Source: an uncultured Pseudomonadota bacterium
Lineage (GTDB): Bacteria; SAR324; NAC60-12
Assembly: GCA_913056375.1 (NCBI GenBank)
Contig: CAJXNF010000002.1
Span: 1 to 35,778 of the forward strand
DNA: 35,778 nt
Direction: 5' to 3'
The notes below the pieces were generated by a model that had not been told where the DNA came from, searched no databases, and was given only the letters and a program-made list of their open reading frames with translations. Below, in pieces: positions 10,148 to 20,547 of this stretch; position 1 is the first letter of the stretch, and each line of letters begins with the position of its first letter. A program made the translations under genes and the position numbers.

Positions 10148-10177
10148 GCAGGAGAGGGACAACCCCTCTCCTACTGC
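10148..10177 (+). other. GC-rich stem-loop between tuf and rpsJ
   Basis: GGAGAGGG (10151..10158) pairs with CCCTCTCC (10164..10171). GCA/TGC extend the stem. No following U-tract. Confidence 0.6.
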
Positions 10178-10187
10178 AGGCTGGAGC

Positions 10188-10496
10188 ATGAACGAAAAAA
10201 TCAAAGTCCGCTTCAAAGCGTACGACGACAAGTTATTGGATCAAACAGTTGAAGAAATTGTTCGCACGGTCAAGCGCACAGGTGCTCAGATTGTAGGACC
10301 AATTCCTCTTCCGACCAAGATTCACAAGTACACGGTCTTGCGCTCTCCGCATGTGGACAAGAAGTCACGTGAACAGTTTGAAATGCGCGTGCACAAGCGG
10401 TTGCTCTACATTATGGAAACGACACCACAAACCATGGACGCGCTGATGCGCCTGGATATTTCTGCTGGAGTCGACATTGGCATCAAGCAGGTTTGA
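10188..10496 (+). CDS. rpsJ: 30S ribosomal protein S10
   Basis: [38 protein letters not shown], 102 aa. Confidence 0.97.
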   Translation: MNEKIKVRFKAYDDKLLDQTVEEIVRTVKRTGAQIVGPIPLPTKIHKYTVLRSPHVDKKSREQFEMRVHKRLLYIMETTPQTMDALMRLDISAGVDIGIKQV

Positions 10497-10498
10497 GC

Positions 10499-11116
10499 AT
10501 GCAATTAGACACTTACAATCTGGACGGTGAGAAGGTAGGCAGCGTCGAGATCCAAGATAAGCTGATTCAAGAAGAATACTCCTCGCGCATCTTGCAGGAA
10601 GCAATTGTCGCATATCGCAACGAATTGCGTCAGGGGACACATTCCACACTGCAGCGCTCTGAAATTTCAGGTAGCACTCGCAAGTTGTGGAGACAAAAAG
10701 GAACGGGTAGGGCCCGAGTCGGGAGCGTAAAGAACCCGATTTGGCGACACGGTCCCGTGGTTTTTGGTCCACAGCCTCGTGACTATGGGGTGAAGATCAA
10801 TCAGAAGGCACGCCGCAAGGCTGTCCGAGTTGCGCTATCAGAAAGAGCACGACAGGAGCAGCTTTCTGTGTTGGAGCAACTGGAACTACCCACGCACAAG
10901 ACCAAGGCATTCAATGGTATCCTCCGCAAATTCACAGAGGGGAAGTGCTTGGTAGTCGTCAAAGACATTGATAACAACTTGGAGCGAGCATCAAGAAATC
11001 TTCCCAATGTGAAGGTACTTAAGGCAGCAAGCGTCAATGCCTACGAGATCGTCAACCATGATCGTCTGCTCTTGGCCAAGGATGCGATTCCAGTCCTCGA
11101 AGAAAGGCTAGGCTGA
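10499..11116 (+). CDS. rplD: 50S ribosomal protein L4
   Basis: [34 protein letters not shown] aligns with E. coli L4 ([33 protein letters not shown]). ATG 10499; the alternative TTG 10493 overlaps the rpsJ stop. Confidence 0.95.
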   Translation: [205 protein letters not shown]

Positions 11117-11403
11117 TGGAATTATTCAATATCCTGCAACGTCCTGTGATGACTGAGAAATCAACCATCAGTCAGGAAATGCAGAACAAGTACACGCTGC
11201 AAGTATCTTCGAAGGCAACCAAACGACAGATCAAGAAAGCTGTCGAACTGGCCTTCAAAGTCAAGGTTGTCAAGGTCAATACCTTGAACACCAAGTCCAA
11301 GCAAAAGCGCATGGGACGTTTCGTTGGCAAGAGTACTCCTTGGAAGAAAGCCATCGTGACCTTGGCCGAAGGCAACAACATCGAATTCATTGCCAATTAC
11401 TAA
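11116..11403 (+). CDS. rplW: 50S ribosomal protein L23
   Basis: ILQRPVMTEKST, WKKAIVTL. ATG overlaps the rplD TGA by 1 nt. Confidence 0.95.
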   Translation: MELFNILQRPVMTEKSTISQEMQNKYTLQVSSKATKRQIKKAVELAFKVKVVKVNTLNTKSKQKRMGRFVGKSTPWKKAIVTLAEGNNIEFIANY

Positions 11404-11428
11404 TTCGTTTCCGGCACTCAGGTAGATC

Positions 11429-12250
11429 ATGAGCATCCAGCGATTCAAAGCGACGTCTCCAGGTCGCAGAGACATGAGTGGCTTCCGTTTCGAGGAAGTT
11501 ACCAAAGACAAACCGGAGAAAGGCCTCACCGAGAAGCTTTCTAAAAAAGGTGGGCGCAACTCCAATGGCCGAATCACCGTGCGTCATCGAGGTGGTGGTC
11601 ACAAGCGACGCTATCGGATTGTTGATTTCAAGCGCAACAAGACAGGTATACCTGCCAAAGTAGTCGCGGTCGAATACGATCCGAACCGAAGCGCTCGCAT
11701 CGCTCTTCTGCAATATGTTGATGGAGAGAAGCGCTACATCATCTACCCAGACGGACTGAAAGTTGGAGATGAAGTAATCAGCAGTTCAACAGCTGACATC
11801 CGTACAGGCAATACGCTGCCTATCGGTCGAATTCCAGTTGGAGCAAGTCTCCATTGTGTGGAATTGAAGCAAGGCAAAGGGGCACAGTTGGCCCGAAGCG
11901 CTGGAGCATCAGTTCAACTGATGGCTAAAGACGAGGACTACGCACAGCTCAAGTTGAAGTCGGGTGAAATTCGCAAAGTGCGCGTCGAATGCTTAGCTAC
12001 TATCGGTACAGTCGGTAACAGCGAACACATGAATATGGACGTGGGCAAGGCAGGTCGTAAGCGCTGGAAAGGCTTCCGTCCAACTGTTCGAGGTGTTGTG
12101 ATGAACCCTGTGGATCACCCACACGGTGGAGGGGAAGGTCGAACATCCGGTGGACGTCATCCGGTCACTCCTTGGGGCGTGCCAACCAAGGGCTACAAAA
12201 CACGCAACAACAAGTCCACTGACAAGTACATCGTACGGAGGAGAAAGTAA
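11429..12250 (+). CDS. rplB: 50S ribosomal protein L2
   Basis: [52 protein letters not shown]. Confidence 0.98.
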   Translation: MSIQRFKATSPGRRDMSGFRFEEVTKDKPEKGLTEKLSKKGGRNSNGRITVRHRGGGHKRRYRIVDFKRNKTGIPAKVVAVEYDPNRSARIALLQYVDGEKRYIIYPDGLKVGDEVISSSTADIRTGNTLPIGRIPVGASLHCVELKQGKGAQLARSAGASVQLMAKDEDYAQLKLKSGEIRKVRVECLATIGTVGNSEHMNMDVGKAGRKRWKGFRPTVRGVVMNPVDHPHGGGEGRTSGGRHPVTPWGVPTKGYKTRNNKSTDKYIVRRRK

Positions 12251-12531
12251 TGCCACGATCTTTGAAGAAAGGTCCTTTCGTCGATGATCACCTGGAAAAA
12301 AAGGTGTTAGCGGCCAAAGAGAAAAATGATCGCAAGCTGATCAAGACTTGGTCACGCCGCTCAGTGATCTTGCCAGAATTCGTCGGCACCAACATCGCCG
12401 TCCATAATGGCAACAAATTCATTCCGGTGTTCATTACCGAAGATATGGTTGGCTACAAGCTGGGTGAATTTGCACCCACTCGGACCTACCGCGGACACAT
12501 TGCCAAAACTGACAAGCGCGGGAAGAAATGA
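12250..12531 (+). CDS. rpsS: 30S ribosomal protein S19
   Basis: [45 protein letters not shown]. Confidence 0.97.
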   Translation: MPRSLKKGPFVDDHLEKKVLAAKEKNDRKLIKTWSRRSVILPEFVGTNIAVHNGNKFIPVFITEDMVGYKLGEFAPTRTYRGHIAKTDKRGKK

Positions 12532-12869
12532 TGCAAGCGAGAGCTACCGCTAAAGGAATCCGAATCGCACCCCGGAAAGTCCGGTTGGTGCTGGACAATG
12601 TTCGAAACAAGGATGTGAGCACGGCCCTGGCAATCCTGCAGAATACACCGCGTAATTCATCCCCTGTGATCTACAAGTTGATCCAGTCTGCTGTTGCCAA
12701 CGCGATGAACCGAGATTCATCAGCTGATGTTGATGAAATGGTGATCAAGGAGGCCTACGCTAACGAAGCCAATACGCTCAAGCGTTTCCGCCCTCGAGCA
12801 ATGGGTCGGGCTTCTCGAATCCACAAGCGGAGCAGCCACATCACCATCGTCGTTGAATCGGCCAACTGA
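12528..12869 (+). CDS. rplV: 50S ribosomal protein L22
   Basis: [42 protein letters not shown]. Confidence 0.96.
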   Translation: MMQARATAKGIRIAPRKVRLVLDNVRNKDVSTALAILQNTPRNSSPVIYKLIQSAVANAMNRDSSADVDEMVIKEAYANEANTLKRFRPRAMGRASRIHKRSSHITIVVESAN

Positions 12870-12879
12870 GAGAAAAGTT

Positions 12880-13542
12880 ATGGGACAAAAGGTTAACCCG
12901 ATTGGCTTTCGTCTGTGTGTCAATAAGAATTGGAATTCGAGGTGGTACGCAGAGAAAAGTTATGCAGAGACTCTCAAAGAGGATCTCGACATCCAGCACT
13001 TCGTTAAAAATCGTTTGAAAAAGGCTTCGATTTCGAAGATCGAAGTGGAACGAGCTTCGAAGAAAACCAAGATTAACATCTTCACAGCCAAGCCAGGGAT
13101 CATTATTGGTCGCAAGGGAGACGAGGTAGAGAGAATTCGCAAAAGCCTCCTCAATAAATTTAAAAAAGACATTGCGATCAACATTAGAGAGATCAAGCGA
13201 CCGGAAATTGATGCCCAGTTAATTGCTGAAAACATTGCCTCACAGTTGGAGCGTCGAGTTGCTTTCCGTCGAGCAATGAAGCGGACTCTAGCAACAGCGA
13301 TGCGTATGAATATTGAGGGCTGTAAGATCATGATTGCGGGTCGGCTCAATGGAGCAGAAATGGCCCGAACCGAATGGGCCCGTGAAGGTCGAGTACGATT
13401 GCACACCCTGCGAGCCAACATCGACTATGGTTTTGCAGAGGCTCTGACAACATACGGTATCACCGGAGTGAAAGTCTGGGTCTATCGAGGGGAGAGTTTT
13501 GGTCGCAACAATTTACGCAGATCAAGAAGACGAGAGAGGTAA
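12880..13542 (+). CDS. rpsC: 30S ribosomal protein S3
   Basis: [12 protein letters not shown] canonical N-terminus at ATG 12880. The track start 12853 (TTG) overlaps rplV and adds 9 non-conserved residues. [29 protein letters not shown]. Confidence 0.96.
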   Translation: MGQKVNPIGFRLCVNKNWNSRWYAEKSYAETLKEDLDIQHFVKNRLKKASISKIEVERASKKTKINIFTAKPGIIIGRKGDEVERIRKSLLNKFKKDIAINIREIKRPEIDAQLIAENIASQLERRVAFRRAMKRTLATAMRMNIEGCKIMIAGRLNGAEMARTEWAREGRVRLHTLRANIDYGFAEALTTYGITGVKVWVYRGESFGRNNLRRSRRRER

Positions 13543-13545
13543 GCC

Positions 13546-13962
13546 ATGATGATGCCGAAGCGGACCAAGCATCGTAAACAGATGCGCGGCCGAATGACTG
13601 GAGAATCGTACAATGCTAGTGCCGTCAGCTTTGGAGCGATCGGGCTCCAGGCAACTGGAAGAGGGTATGTCAGCGCTCGCCAGATTGAGGCAGCTCGCCG
13701 GGTAATCAACCGAACCCTCAAACGTGGTGGTAAAACCTGGATTCGTATTTTCCCAGATAAGCCGATCACCAAGCGCCCTGCTGAAACTCGGATGGGTAAA
13801 GGAAAAGGCTCTGTCGATTCGTGGGTTGCTCCGATTCTACCGGGGCGAGTACTTTACGAGATTGATGGGGTAGACGAAGACGTGGCAACAAAAGCACTGA
13901 CTCTGGCAGGCTACAAGCTGCCGGTGAAGACCAAAATCATCAAACGCAGCTTGATCATATGA
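13546..13962 (+). CDS. rplP: 50S ribosomal protein L16
   Basis: [40 protein letters not shown]. Three consecutive ATGs leave the exact start ambiguous by up to 6 nt. Confidence 0.96.
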   Translation: MMMPKRTKHRKQMRGRMTGESYNASAVSFGAIGLQATGRGYVSARQIEAARRVINRTLKRGGKTWIRIFPDKPITKRPAETRMGKGKGSVDSWVAPILPGRVLYEIDGVDEDVATKALTLAGYKLPVKTKIIKRSLII

Positions 13963-14147
13963 AGAACGAAGACTTCCGCGCCCTCGGGGATCAGGAAATC
14001 CATAGCAAGATTGCTGAGTTACAAGAATCACAACTCCGTAATCGTTTCAACAAGGTACTGGGCAATTTGGAAGATACCTCGGTGATTAAGAAAAACCGAC
14101 GTGATATCGCCCGCCTGAAGACCCTCCTTTCTGAGCGCAAGGCATGA
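13959..14147 (+). CDS. rpmC: 50S ribosomal protein L29
   Basis: 62 aa, helical K/R/E-rich ([10 protein letters not shown]...[11 protein letters not shown]), in the position between rplP and rpsQ with 4-nt overlaps. Confidence 0.92.
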   Translation: MKNEDFRALGDQEIHSKIAELQESQLRNRFNKVLGNLEDTSVIKKNRRDIARLKTLLSERKA

Positions 14148-14404
14148 CAGAGAACAAGAAGATTCGTAGCGGTGTAGTTGTTAGTGATAAGATGGATAAG
14201 TCAATCGTGGTCAAGATTGAGACCGTCGTTAAACATCCACTCTATAAGCGCACGATCCGCCGATCCAAAAAATTTAAAGCGCATGACGAACAAAATCGGG
14301 CACGAACCGGAGACTACGTCTCAATCATTGAGTGTCGCCCGATCAGTAAGACAAAGACCTGGCGCTTGCTTTCTATTAAAGACAACACAACGGGGGCCGC
14401 ATGA
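14144..14404 (+). CDS. rpsQ: 30S ribosomal protein S17
   Basis: [40 protein letters not shown]. Confidence 0.96.
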   Translation: MTENKKIRSGVVVSDKMDKSIVVKIETVVKHPLYKRTIRRSKKFKAHDEQNRARTGDYVSIIECRPISKTKTWRLLSIKDNTTGAA

Positions 14405-14769
14405 TTCAGATGCAAAGCATTCTGGAAGTCGCTGACAATTCCGGAGCTAAACGCCTGATGTGTATTAAAGTTTTGGGAGGGTCCAAGCGACGCTACGCAG
14501 GCCTAGGTGATATCATTGTTGCCTCGGTGAAAGACTCGATACCAAACTCAAAAGTGAAATCTGGTGACGTGGTCAAAGCAGTGATTGTCCGTACCACCAA
14601 GGAAGTGCGGCGAGCAGATGGATCATACATCAAATTTGATCGAAATGCGGCAGTGATCCTTGACAACAAACGTGAGCCAGTAGGAACTCGTATCTTTGGA
14701 CCAGTCGCTCGCGAACTACGTAGCGGCAAATTCATGAAGATTTTGTCACTGGCACCAGAAGTTCTCTAA
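14401..14769 (+). CDS. rplN: 50S ribosomal protein L14
   Basis: [28 protein letters not shown], 122 aa. Confidence 0.97.
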   Translation: MIQMQSILEVADNSGAKRLMCIKVLGGSKRRYAGLGDIIVASVKDSIPNSKVKSGDVVKAVIVRTTKEVRRADGSYIKFDRNAAVILDNKREPVGTRIFGPVARELRSGKFMKILSLAPEVL

Positions 14770-14793
14770 TATCACTCGACGTAGAGACGTTTT

Positions 14794-15117
14794 ATGCGTG
14801 AAAGAAAAGTATCCCGCCTGAAAGTGGGAGATGAAGTGATCGTCATTGCTGGTAAGAGCCGTGGCCTACAAGGTAAGATCAACTACGTGGATTGGAAGAA
14901 GAAGCGTGTGATCGTTGAAGGTGCCAACATGCAGACCAAGCATGCGAAAGCACAGCGTAATGGTGAACAAGGAAGCATTAAGGATGTGGAAGGCCCTATC
15001 CACGTTTCCAACGTAGCACTGCTGAACCCAGACCTTGAGAAGGGTGTGCGCTTTCGCAACACCTCTGAGAATGGGACAAAGCAACGCATCTGTGTGAAAA
15101 CCGGAAAAACTCTCTAA
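14794..15117 (+). CDS. rplX: 50S ribosomal protein L24
   Basis: KOW motif KVGDEVIVIAGKSRGLQGKI, in the position between rplN and rplE. Confidence 0.94.
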   Translation: MRERKVSRLKVGDEVIVIAGKSRGLQGKINYVDWKKKRVIVEGANMQTKHAKAQRNGEQGSIKDVEGPIHVSNVALLNPDLEKGVRFRNTSENGTKQRICVKTGKTL

Positions 15118-15130
15118 ATCAGGCTAAGCC

Positions 15131-15667
15131 GTGAACCTGCAACAACTCTATTCAGAGACAGTTTCTCCTCAGCTGAAAGAGGAATTCTCGATCCAAAATG
15201 TTCACCTGATCCCCAAGATTTCTAAGGTGACAGTCAATGTTGGACTGGGTGAGGCTGTCCAAAATCCAAAGTCCATTGATCAAGCTGCCGAGCAACTAGC
15301 TCAGATTGTTGGTCAAAAACCTGTGGTCACAAGAGCTCGCAAATCCATTGCAGGATTCAAACTCCGTGAGGGAATGCAGATCGGCTGTATGGTGACACTG
15401 CGCCGCGAGCGAATGTGGAGCTTCTTGGATCGATTGGTACAGATTGCTCTTCCTCGTGTGAAAGATTTTCGTGGTATTTCTCCCAAGGGCTTTGACGGTA
15501 AAGGCAACTATAATTTGGGAATCAAGGAACAGCTTATTTTTCCGGAGATTGACTTCGACCAGATTGATAGAATTCGGGGTATGAACGTCTCCATCGTAAC
15601 AACTGCGCAGAACGACCAACTGGCACTGAGCTTGTTGAAGGGTCTGGGCTTCCCTTTCCGAAAGTAA
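15131..15667 (+). CDS. rplE: 50S ribosomal protein L5
   Basis: [28 protein letters not shown] start. Confidence 0.96.
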   Translation: MNLQQLYSETVSPQLKEEFSIQNVHLIPKISKVTVNVGLGEAVQNPKSIDQAAEQLAQIVGQKPVVTRARKSIAGFKLREGMQIGCMVTLRRERMWSFLDRLVQIALPRVKDFRGISPKGFDGKGNYNLGIKEQLIFPEIDFDQIDRIRGMNVSIVTTAQNDQLALSLLKGLGFPFRK

Positions 15668-15670
15668 TTC

Positions 15671-15856
15671 ATGGCAAAAAAGGCATTAATCAACAAATGC
15701 AATCGCAAGCAGCGATTTGAAGTACGCAACTACAGCCGCTGCTCCTTCTGCGGACGACCCAAAGGTTATCTGCGCCGCTTTGGAATGTGCCGTATCTGCT
15801 TCCGTCTCAAGGCCAATCAGGGCTTGATTCCTGGTGTAACTAAATCGAGCTGGTGA
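15671..15856 (+). CDS. rpsN: 30S ribosomal protein S14, zinc-binding short (type Z) form
   Basis: 61 aa, [22 protein letters not shown] (CxxC...CxxC). Confidence 0.95.
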   Translation: MAKKALINKCNRKQRFEVRNYSRCSFCGRPKGYLRRFGMCRICFRLKANQGLIPGVTKSSW

Positions 15857-15862
15857 TTCGCT

Positions 15863-16258
15863 ATGTCTATGTCAGACCCCATTGCTGATTTATTGACCCG
15901 CATTCGTAACGCTAATCAGCGAATGCATGCCGAGACTCGGGTACCACACTCAAAGATCAAACAGCACATCCTTGATGTACTCAAAGAAGAGGGTTTCATT
16001 ACTGGCTATGAAGTGATGCCGAGTGGTGCGTTTAGAGAATTAGTAGTCCAGCTTAAATACTACGAAGGTAAACGAGTCATCAGAAACATTGAGCGTGTCA
16101 GCAAGCCAGGTTTGAGAACCTACCAGCGCTCTCAAGATCTGAAGAAAGTGCTTGGTGGACAGGGAATTTCGATTCTGTCGACTTCACATGGAGTTATGTC
16201 AGACAAGGAATGTCGCTCACGCAAAATTGGTGGAGAAGTGCTCTGCCAAGTATGGTGA
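15863..16258 (+). CDS. rpsH: 30S ribosomal protein S8
   Basis: [19 protein letters not shown], 131 aa. Confidence 0.96.
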   Translation: MSMSDPIADLLTRIRNANQRMHAETRVPHSKIKQHILDVLKEEGFITGYEVMPSGAFRELVVQLKYYEGKRVIRNIERVSKPGLRTYQRSQDLKKVLGGQGISILSTSHGVMSDKECRSRKIGGEVLCQVW

Positions 16259-16276
16259 GCCAGTAAAGAGGAACAT

Positions 16277-16819
16277 ATGTCACGTATCGGTAGACGTCCA
16301 ATCAAAGTCCCTCAATCTGTGAAAATCCAGGTTGATGAAAATCAAATTCTAGTGACTGGACCAAAAGGGAAGCAGCAGGCCAGCCTGCATGAAAAGCTGC
16401 AACTGGAACAGAAAGACGACGAAATCAAGATTCTGGCAGATTATAAAGAAGATACGATAGCGCGAACCCAGATGGGGACACTCTATTCGCTATTGAACAA
16501 TATGATCACCGGAGTCAGTACGGGCTTTCAGAAACAACTTCGTCTGGTTGGTGTCGGTTATAGAGCTGCGATTAGCGGGAAAACGCTTGAACTCAACCTT
16601 GGCTATTCGCACCCGATCAAATACGAGTTGCCAGATATTGTTGATGCGAAGGTCAATGCAAATACCCAGATTGTTCTCGAATCGTGCGATAAGCAGGCAC
16701 TAGGTCAAGTTGCGGCACTGATCAAGCAGATGCGACCACCTGAGCCTTACAAGGGTAAAGGAGTCCTGTTTGAAGGAGAGCAAATCCTACGAAAAGCCGG
16801 AAAGAGTGGTAAGAAATAA
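16277..16819 (+). CDS. rplF: 50S ribosomal protein L6
   Basis: [26 protein letters not shown]. Confidence 0.96.
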   Translation: MSRIGRRPIKVPQSVKIQVDENQILVTGPKGKQQASLHEKLQLEQKDDEIKILADYKEDTIARTQMGTLYSLLNNMITGVSTGFQKQLRLVGVGYRAAISGKTLELNLGYSHPIKYELPDIVDAKVNANTQIVLESCDKQALGQVAALIKQMRPPEPYKGKGVLFEGEQILRKAGKSGKK

Positions 16820-16836
16820 TTGAGATCCAGGTAATC

Positions 16837-17202
16837 ATGAAGTCCATTGCTCAGAAAAAACGAGAAGCCCGATTAGCACGCCATCGTCGAGTTCGGAAAA
16901 AAGTCAGCGGCTCTGCAGAACGACCAAGACTCTGCGTTTTCAAGTCAGCACGTCACATCTATGTGCAGGCGATTGACGACTTGGGTCAAAATACGTTAGC
17001 TGCAGCCTCAACATTGGAAGCTCGTGAACGTTTCTCAGACAAAGATGGGGTGGAGAGCGCAACAATGGTTGGGGCTGATATTGCCCAACGCCTGAAAGAA
17101 AAAGGCATTGAGCAAGTTGTCTTCGATAAAGGCGGATTCATTTATCACGGACGTGTTAAGGCCTTGGCCGAAGCTGCTCGTAGCGAAGGCCTCAACTTCT
17201 GA
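16837..17202 (+). CDS. rplR: 50S ribosomal protein L18
   Basis: [45 protein letters not shown]. Confidence 0.96.
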   Translation: MKSIAQKKREARLARHRRVRKKVSGSAERPRLCVFKSARHIYVQAIDDLGQNTLAAASTLEARERFSDKDGVESATMVGADIAQRLKEKGIEQVVFDKGGFIYHGRVKALAEAARSEGLNF

Positions 17203-17223
17203 TTCTTTATAAAGGAAACTGCT

Positions 17224-17721
17224 TTGAGTGAGAGAAGAAACGAAAGTGAACTGATCGAACGCGTGATCAAGGTCAATCGCGTTGCCAAGGTTGTTAAGGG
17301 AGGACGCCGTTTCAGCTTTAGTGCATTGGTAGTTGTCGGTGATGGTTCCGGTAAAATTGGACTAGGGCTAGGCAAGGCTAATGAGGTGACAGAAGCAATC
17401 CGTAAAGGAGTTGCAGAAGCCTCCAAGCAGATGCAGCGTGTGCGCTTGGAAGGAACTTCTATTCCCCACGAGATCATTGGGCGTTTCGGTGCCGGTTCAG
17501 TACTGATGAAGCCTGCAGAACCAGGTCATGGAATCATCGCAGCAGCAGCAGTGCGTGCAGTGATGGAATCAGTTGGGATTGCTGATATTACTGTGAAATG
17601 CTTGGGTTCACGAAACCCACATAATTTAACTCGTGCGACGATAGACGCGCTGCTGAAGCTGCGTGGTTTTGAAGAAGTCGCAAGGAGTCGAGGCAAAGAA
17701 GTCGAACACATCAGGTTCTAA
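17224..17721 (+). CDS. rpsE: 30S ribosomal protein S5
   Basis: [45 protein letters not shown] start. Confidence 0.96.
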   Translation: MSERRNESELIERVIKVNRVAKVVKGGRRFSFSALVVVGDGSGKIGLGLGKANEVTEAIRKGVAEASKQMQRVRLEGTSIPHEIIGRFGAGSVLMKPAEPGHGIIAAAAVRAVMESVGIADITVKCLGSRNPHNLTRATIDALLKLRGFEEVARSRGKEVEHIRF

Positions 17722-17723
17722 AA

Positions 17724-17912
17724 ATGAGTGCCAATCAAATCAAAGTAACACTGGTCCGCAGTGTTATTGGATCCAACGAAAAAGTCCGTGCAACTGTTCG
17801 TGGTTTGGGCTTACGCAAGACAAACAGTTCTCGTGTGTTGGAGAACAGCCCGAACGTACGGGGCATGATCCGTAAGGTGCACCATCTGCTTAAAGTTGAA
17901 GAGGTAGGATAA
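17724..17912 (+). CDS. rpmD: 50S ribosomal protein L30
   Basis: [27 protein letters not shown], 62 aa. Confidence 0.94.
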   Translation: MSANQIKVTLVRSVIGSNEKVRATVRGLGLRKTNSSRVLENSPNVRGMIRKVHHLLKVEEVG

Positions 17913-17914
17913 CT

Positions 17915-18358
17915 ATGCAACTTCACGAATTGCCAAGCATCAAAAATAGCAAAAGAAAGCGAGTTGGCCGCGGTCCCGGCAGTAACTGGGGACAAACCTG
18001 TGGCAAAGGCCAGAAAGGTCAAAAATCAAGAGCTGGCTACTCAAGTAAAAGAGGCTTCGAAGGTGGCCAGATGGCAATTAGCCGTCGGTTACCCAAGTTT
18101 GGTTTTAAGCCCCTCAACAAAGTAATCAGTCGGCCTCTCAACCTCGCTTTCCTCGAGTCCAATGAGCGAATTGCGAGTGGGGATACAGTGAACCGAGCAA
18201 AGTTAGAGGAACTCGGTTTCATCAAGAAAGATAGCATTCCAGTTAAATTATTAGCGGAAGGCGAGTTGACCAAGAAATTAACGATTGAGGTAGAACTGGC
18301 TAGCGAATCAGCGATTGAGAAGGTCCAGGCCGCAGGTGGCACGGTGACCATCGGCTAA
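17915..18358 (+). CDS. rplO: 50S ribosomal protein L15
   Basis: KRVGRGPGSNWGQTCGKGQKGQKSR. Confidence 0.96.
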   Translation: MQLHELPSIKNSKRKRVGRGPGSNWGQTCGKGQKGQKSRAGYSSKRGFEGGQMAISRRLPKFGFKPLNKVISRPLNLAFLESNERIASGDTVNRAKLEELGFIKKDSIPVKLLAEGELTKKLTIEVELASESAIEKVQAAGGTVTIG

Positions 18359-18359
18359 T

Positions 18360-19700
18360 ATGCTTGAGATTGTTCGAAATATCTTCCGAATTGAAGACCT
18401 ACGGGACCGAATCATCTTCACGGTCCTCATGCTGCTGGTGTTCCGGATTGGGGCTCACATCCCGACCCCGGGCATCGACGGTACAGCACTGACCGCGTTC
18501 TTTGAAGCACAGCAAGGTTCCATCCTTCGCTTCTTCAACATGTTCACGGGCGGAGCGCTGGCACGTCTGACGATCTTTGCGCTTGGGGTAATGCCCTACA
18601 TCAGTGCCTCGATCATTATGCAGTTGCTGACGGTGGTCTTCCCCTACTTAGAACGTCTCTCCAAAGAGGGTGAGGCGGGCCGCAAGAAAATCACTCTATA
18701 TACTCGCTACGGCACCATACTACTCAGCTTGATTCAAGGCTTTGGTATCGCTGTTGGTTTGGAGAGTATGGCTGCTCCAGATGGATCGCCGGTGGTCATC
18801 TCAACGATGAACCCATGGGGCTTCCGACTGTTGACAATCATTACGCTGACAGCAGGCACGGCCTTCTTGATGTGGATTGGTGAGCAGATCAACGAACGTG
18901 GGATTGGAAACGGTATTTCACTCATCATCTTTGCCGGAATCGTAGCCGAAATACCAGGCTCAACCGTCAATGCGATTCAGTTGGTACAAGCTGGACAAAT
19001 TCCTATTCTGGTATTGCTGATCACACTAGTTCTGATGGTTGTGGTCATCTTCGCTGTCGTTTTCATCGAGACTTCGTACCGCAAGATTCCCGTACAGTAT
19101 GCCAAGCGAATGCAGGGCAATCGCATGTATGGTGGTCAAGCTTCACACCTCCCACTGAAAATTAATTCTGCTGGTGTGATTCCACCCATCTTTGCTTCCT
19201 CGATATTGGCGTTCCCGGCTACAATTGCTGGTTTCACAACGACGCCTTGGGTTCAGGCAATCAGTGACCAACTGTTACCCGGTCGCTTGCTACACTCTTT
19301 GCTCTTCGTGATGCTGATCTTCTTCTTCTGTTTCTTCTATACGGCGATCCAATTCAATCCGGTCAAGATTGCAGACGAGATGAAGCGTCATAACGGCTAC
19401 ATCCCTGGCATTCGTCCAGGTAAAAAGACAGCAGAATATATCAATGCCGTATTAACTCGGCTAACGTTTGGCGGAGCAGTTTATCTGTCAATAATCTGTA
19501 TCCTACCCAGCATTCTACTATTTGTTTTCAATGTTCCCTTCCAGTTTGGTGGAACAGCCCTACTGATTGTAGTGGGTGTTGGACTGGACTTGGTGAACCA
19601 AATTGAATCCTTCCTGCTGAACCAAAACTACGATGGCTTCATGAAGAAGACCCGTAAACGCCGTAGTCCGGGGCAGGCACAGACACTTCGCTTACGCTAG
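18360..19700 (+). CDS. secY: Preprotein translocase subunit SecY
   Basis: 446 aa polytopic protein. GVMPYISASIIMQLL, FLMWIGEQINERGIGNGISLIIFAGI. Position after rplO. Confidence 0.97.
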   Translation: MLEIVRNIFRIEDLRDRIIFTVLMLLVFRIGAHIPTPGIDGTALTAFFEAQQGSILRFFNMFTGGALARLTIFALGVMPYISASIIMQLLTVVFPYLERLSKEGEAGRKKITLYTRYGTILLSLIQGFGIAVGLESMAAPDGSPVVISTMNPWGFRLLTIITLTAGTAFLMWIGEQINERGIGNGISLIIFAGIVAEIPGSTVNAIQLVQAGQIPILVLLITLVLMVVVIFAVVFIETSYRKIPVQYAKRMQGNRMYGGQASHLPLKINSAGVIPPIFASSILAFPATIAGFTTTPWVQAISDQLLPGRLLHSLLFVMLIFFFCFFYTAIQFNPVKIADEMKRHNGYIPGIRPGKKTAEYINAVLTRLTFGGAVYLSIICILPSILLFVFNVPFQFGGTALLIVVGVGLDLVNQIESFLLNQNYDGFMKKTRKRRSPGQAQTLRLR

Positions 19701-19706
19701 GAGATC

Positions 19707-20078
19707 ATGGCAAGAATATCCGGTGTGGACCTACCCAGAGCTAAGCGCATTGAGGTTGCGCTGACGTATATCTATGGAATTGGCCGTCCAACGGCGAACA
19801 AGATCCTCGCTACCACAGGTATTGACCGAGATACCAAGACAATGGAGTTGAGTGACGAAGAAGTTGCTCGTCTGCGTGGTGCGATTGAGGGTGTATACCA
19901 AGTGGAAGGTGATCTGCGTCGGGAAATCAACCTGAACATCAAGCGCTTGATGGACTTGGGAAATTATCGAGGACTCCGACATCGTAAGGGCCTGCCAGTT
20001 CGTGGCCAACGAACCAAGACCAATGCCCGAACACGAAAAGGACCGCGCAAACTGGCAGTCAGCCGTAAGAAAAAATAA
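19707..20078 (+). CDS. rpsM: 30S ribosomal protein S13
   Basis: [26 protein letters not shown]. Starts 6 nt after the secY stop. Confidence 0.97.
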   Translation: MARISGVDLPRAKRIEVALTYIYGIGRPTANKILATTGIDRDTKTMELSDEEVARLRGAIEGVYQVEGDLRREINLNIKRLMDLGNYRGLRHRKGLPVRGQRTKTNARTRKGPRKLAVSRKKK

Positions 20079-20112
20079 TTAACTCTCCGTCTAACTCTAG
20101 GAAGAGCAGTTC

Positions 20113-20499
20113 ATGAGTAAGGTCAAAAGAAAAAAGAAAGAGAAAAAGAATATTGAGCAAGGCATTGCTCATATTCAGGCATCGTTCAATAACACGATCG
20201 TCAGCATCTCAGACGTCCGAGGCAACATCATTTCATGGTCGAGCACAGGACTTCATGGTTTCAAAGGATCACGCAAGAGCACCCCTTTTGCTGCCAAAGT
20301 GGCTGCTGAAGACGCGATGCGAAAAGCGATTGATAATGGTTTGAAAGAGGTTCAGATCCGTGTCAAAGGCCCAGGTTCGGGTCGAGAATCCGCTCTACGT
20401 GCTTTAGCGGGGTTTGAGGGTGTTCGTGTTACCAGCATCCAGGATGTAACCCCAGTGCCCCATAACGGTTGCCGACCACCAAAGCAGCGCCGAATCTGA
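20113..20499 (+). CDS. rpsK: 30S ribosomal protein S11
   Basis: [37 protein letters not shown]. Confidence 0.97.
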   Translation: MSKVKRKKKEKKNIEQGIAHIQASFNNTIVSISDVRGNIISWSSTGLHGFKGSRKSTPFAAKVAAEDAMRKAIDNGLKEVQIRVKGPGSGRESALRALAGFEGVRVTSIQDVTPVPHNGCRPPKQRRI

Positions 20500-20547
20500 C
20501 AGAGCTCGTCCCTGTCTCTCTGACCAGTACTCCCAACGGACTAGAAA

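Noticed and set aside
12960-13421. 153-aa - strand ORF
   Set aside because: It is antisense to rpsC. The Arg/Ser/Ile-rich translation is the mirror of a Lys/Glu-rich gene.
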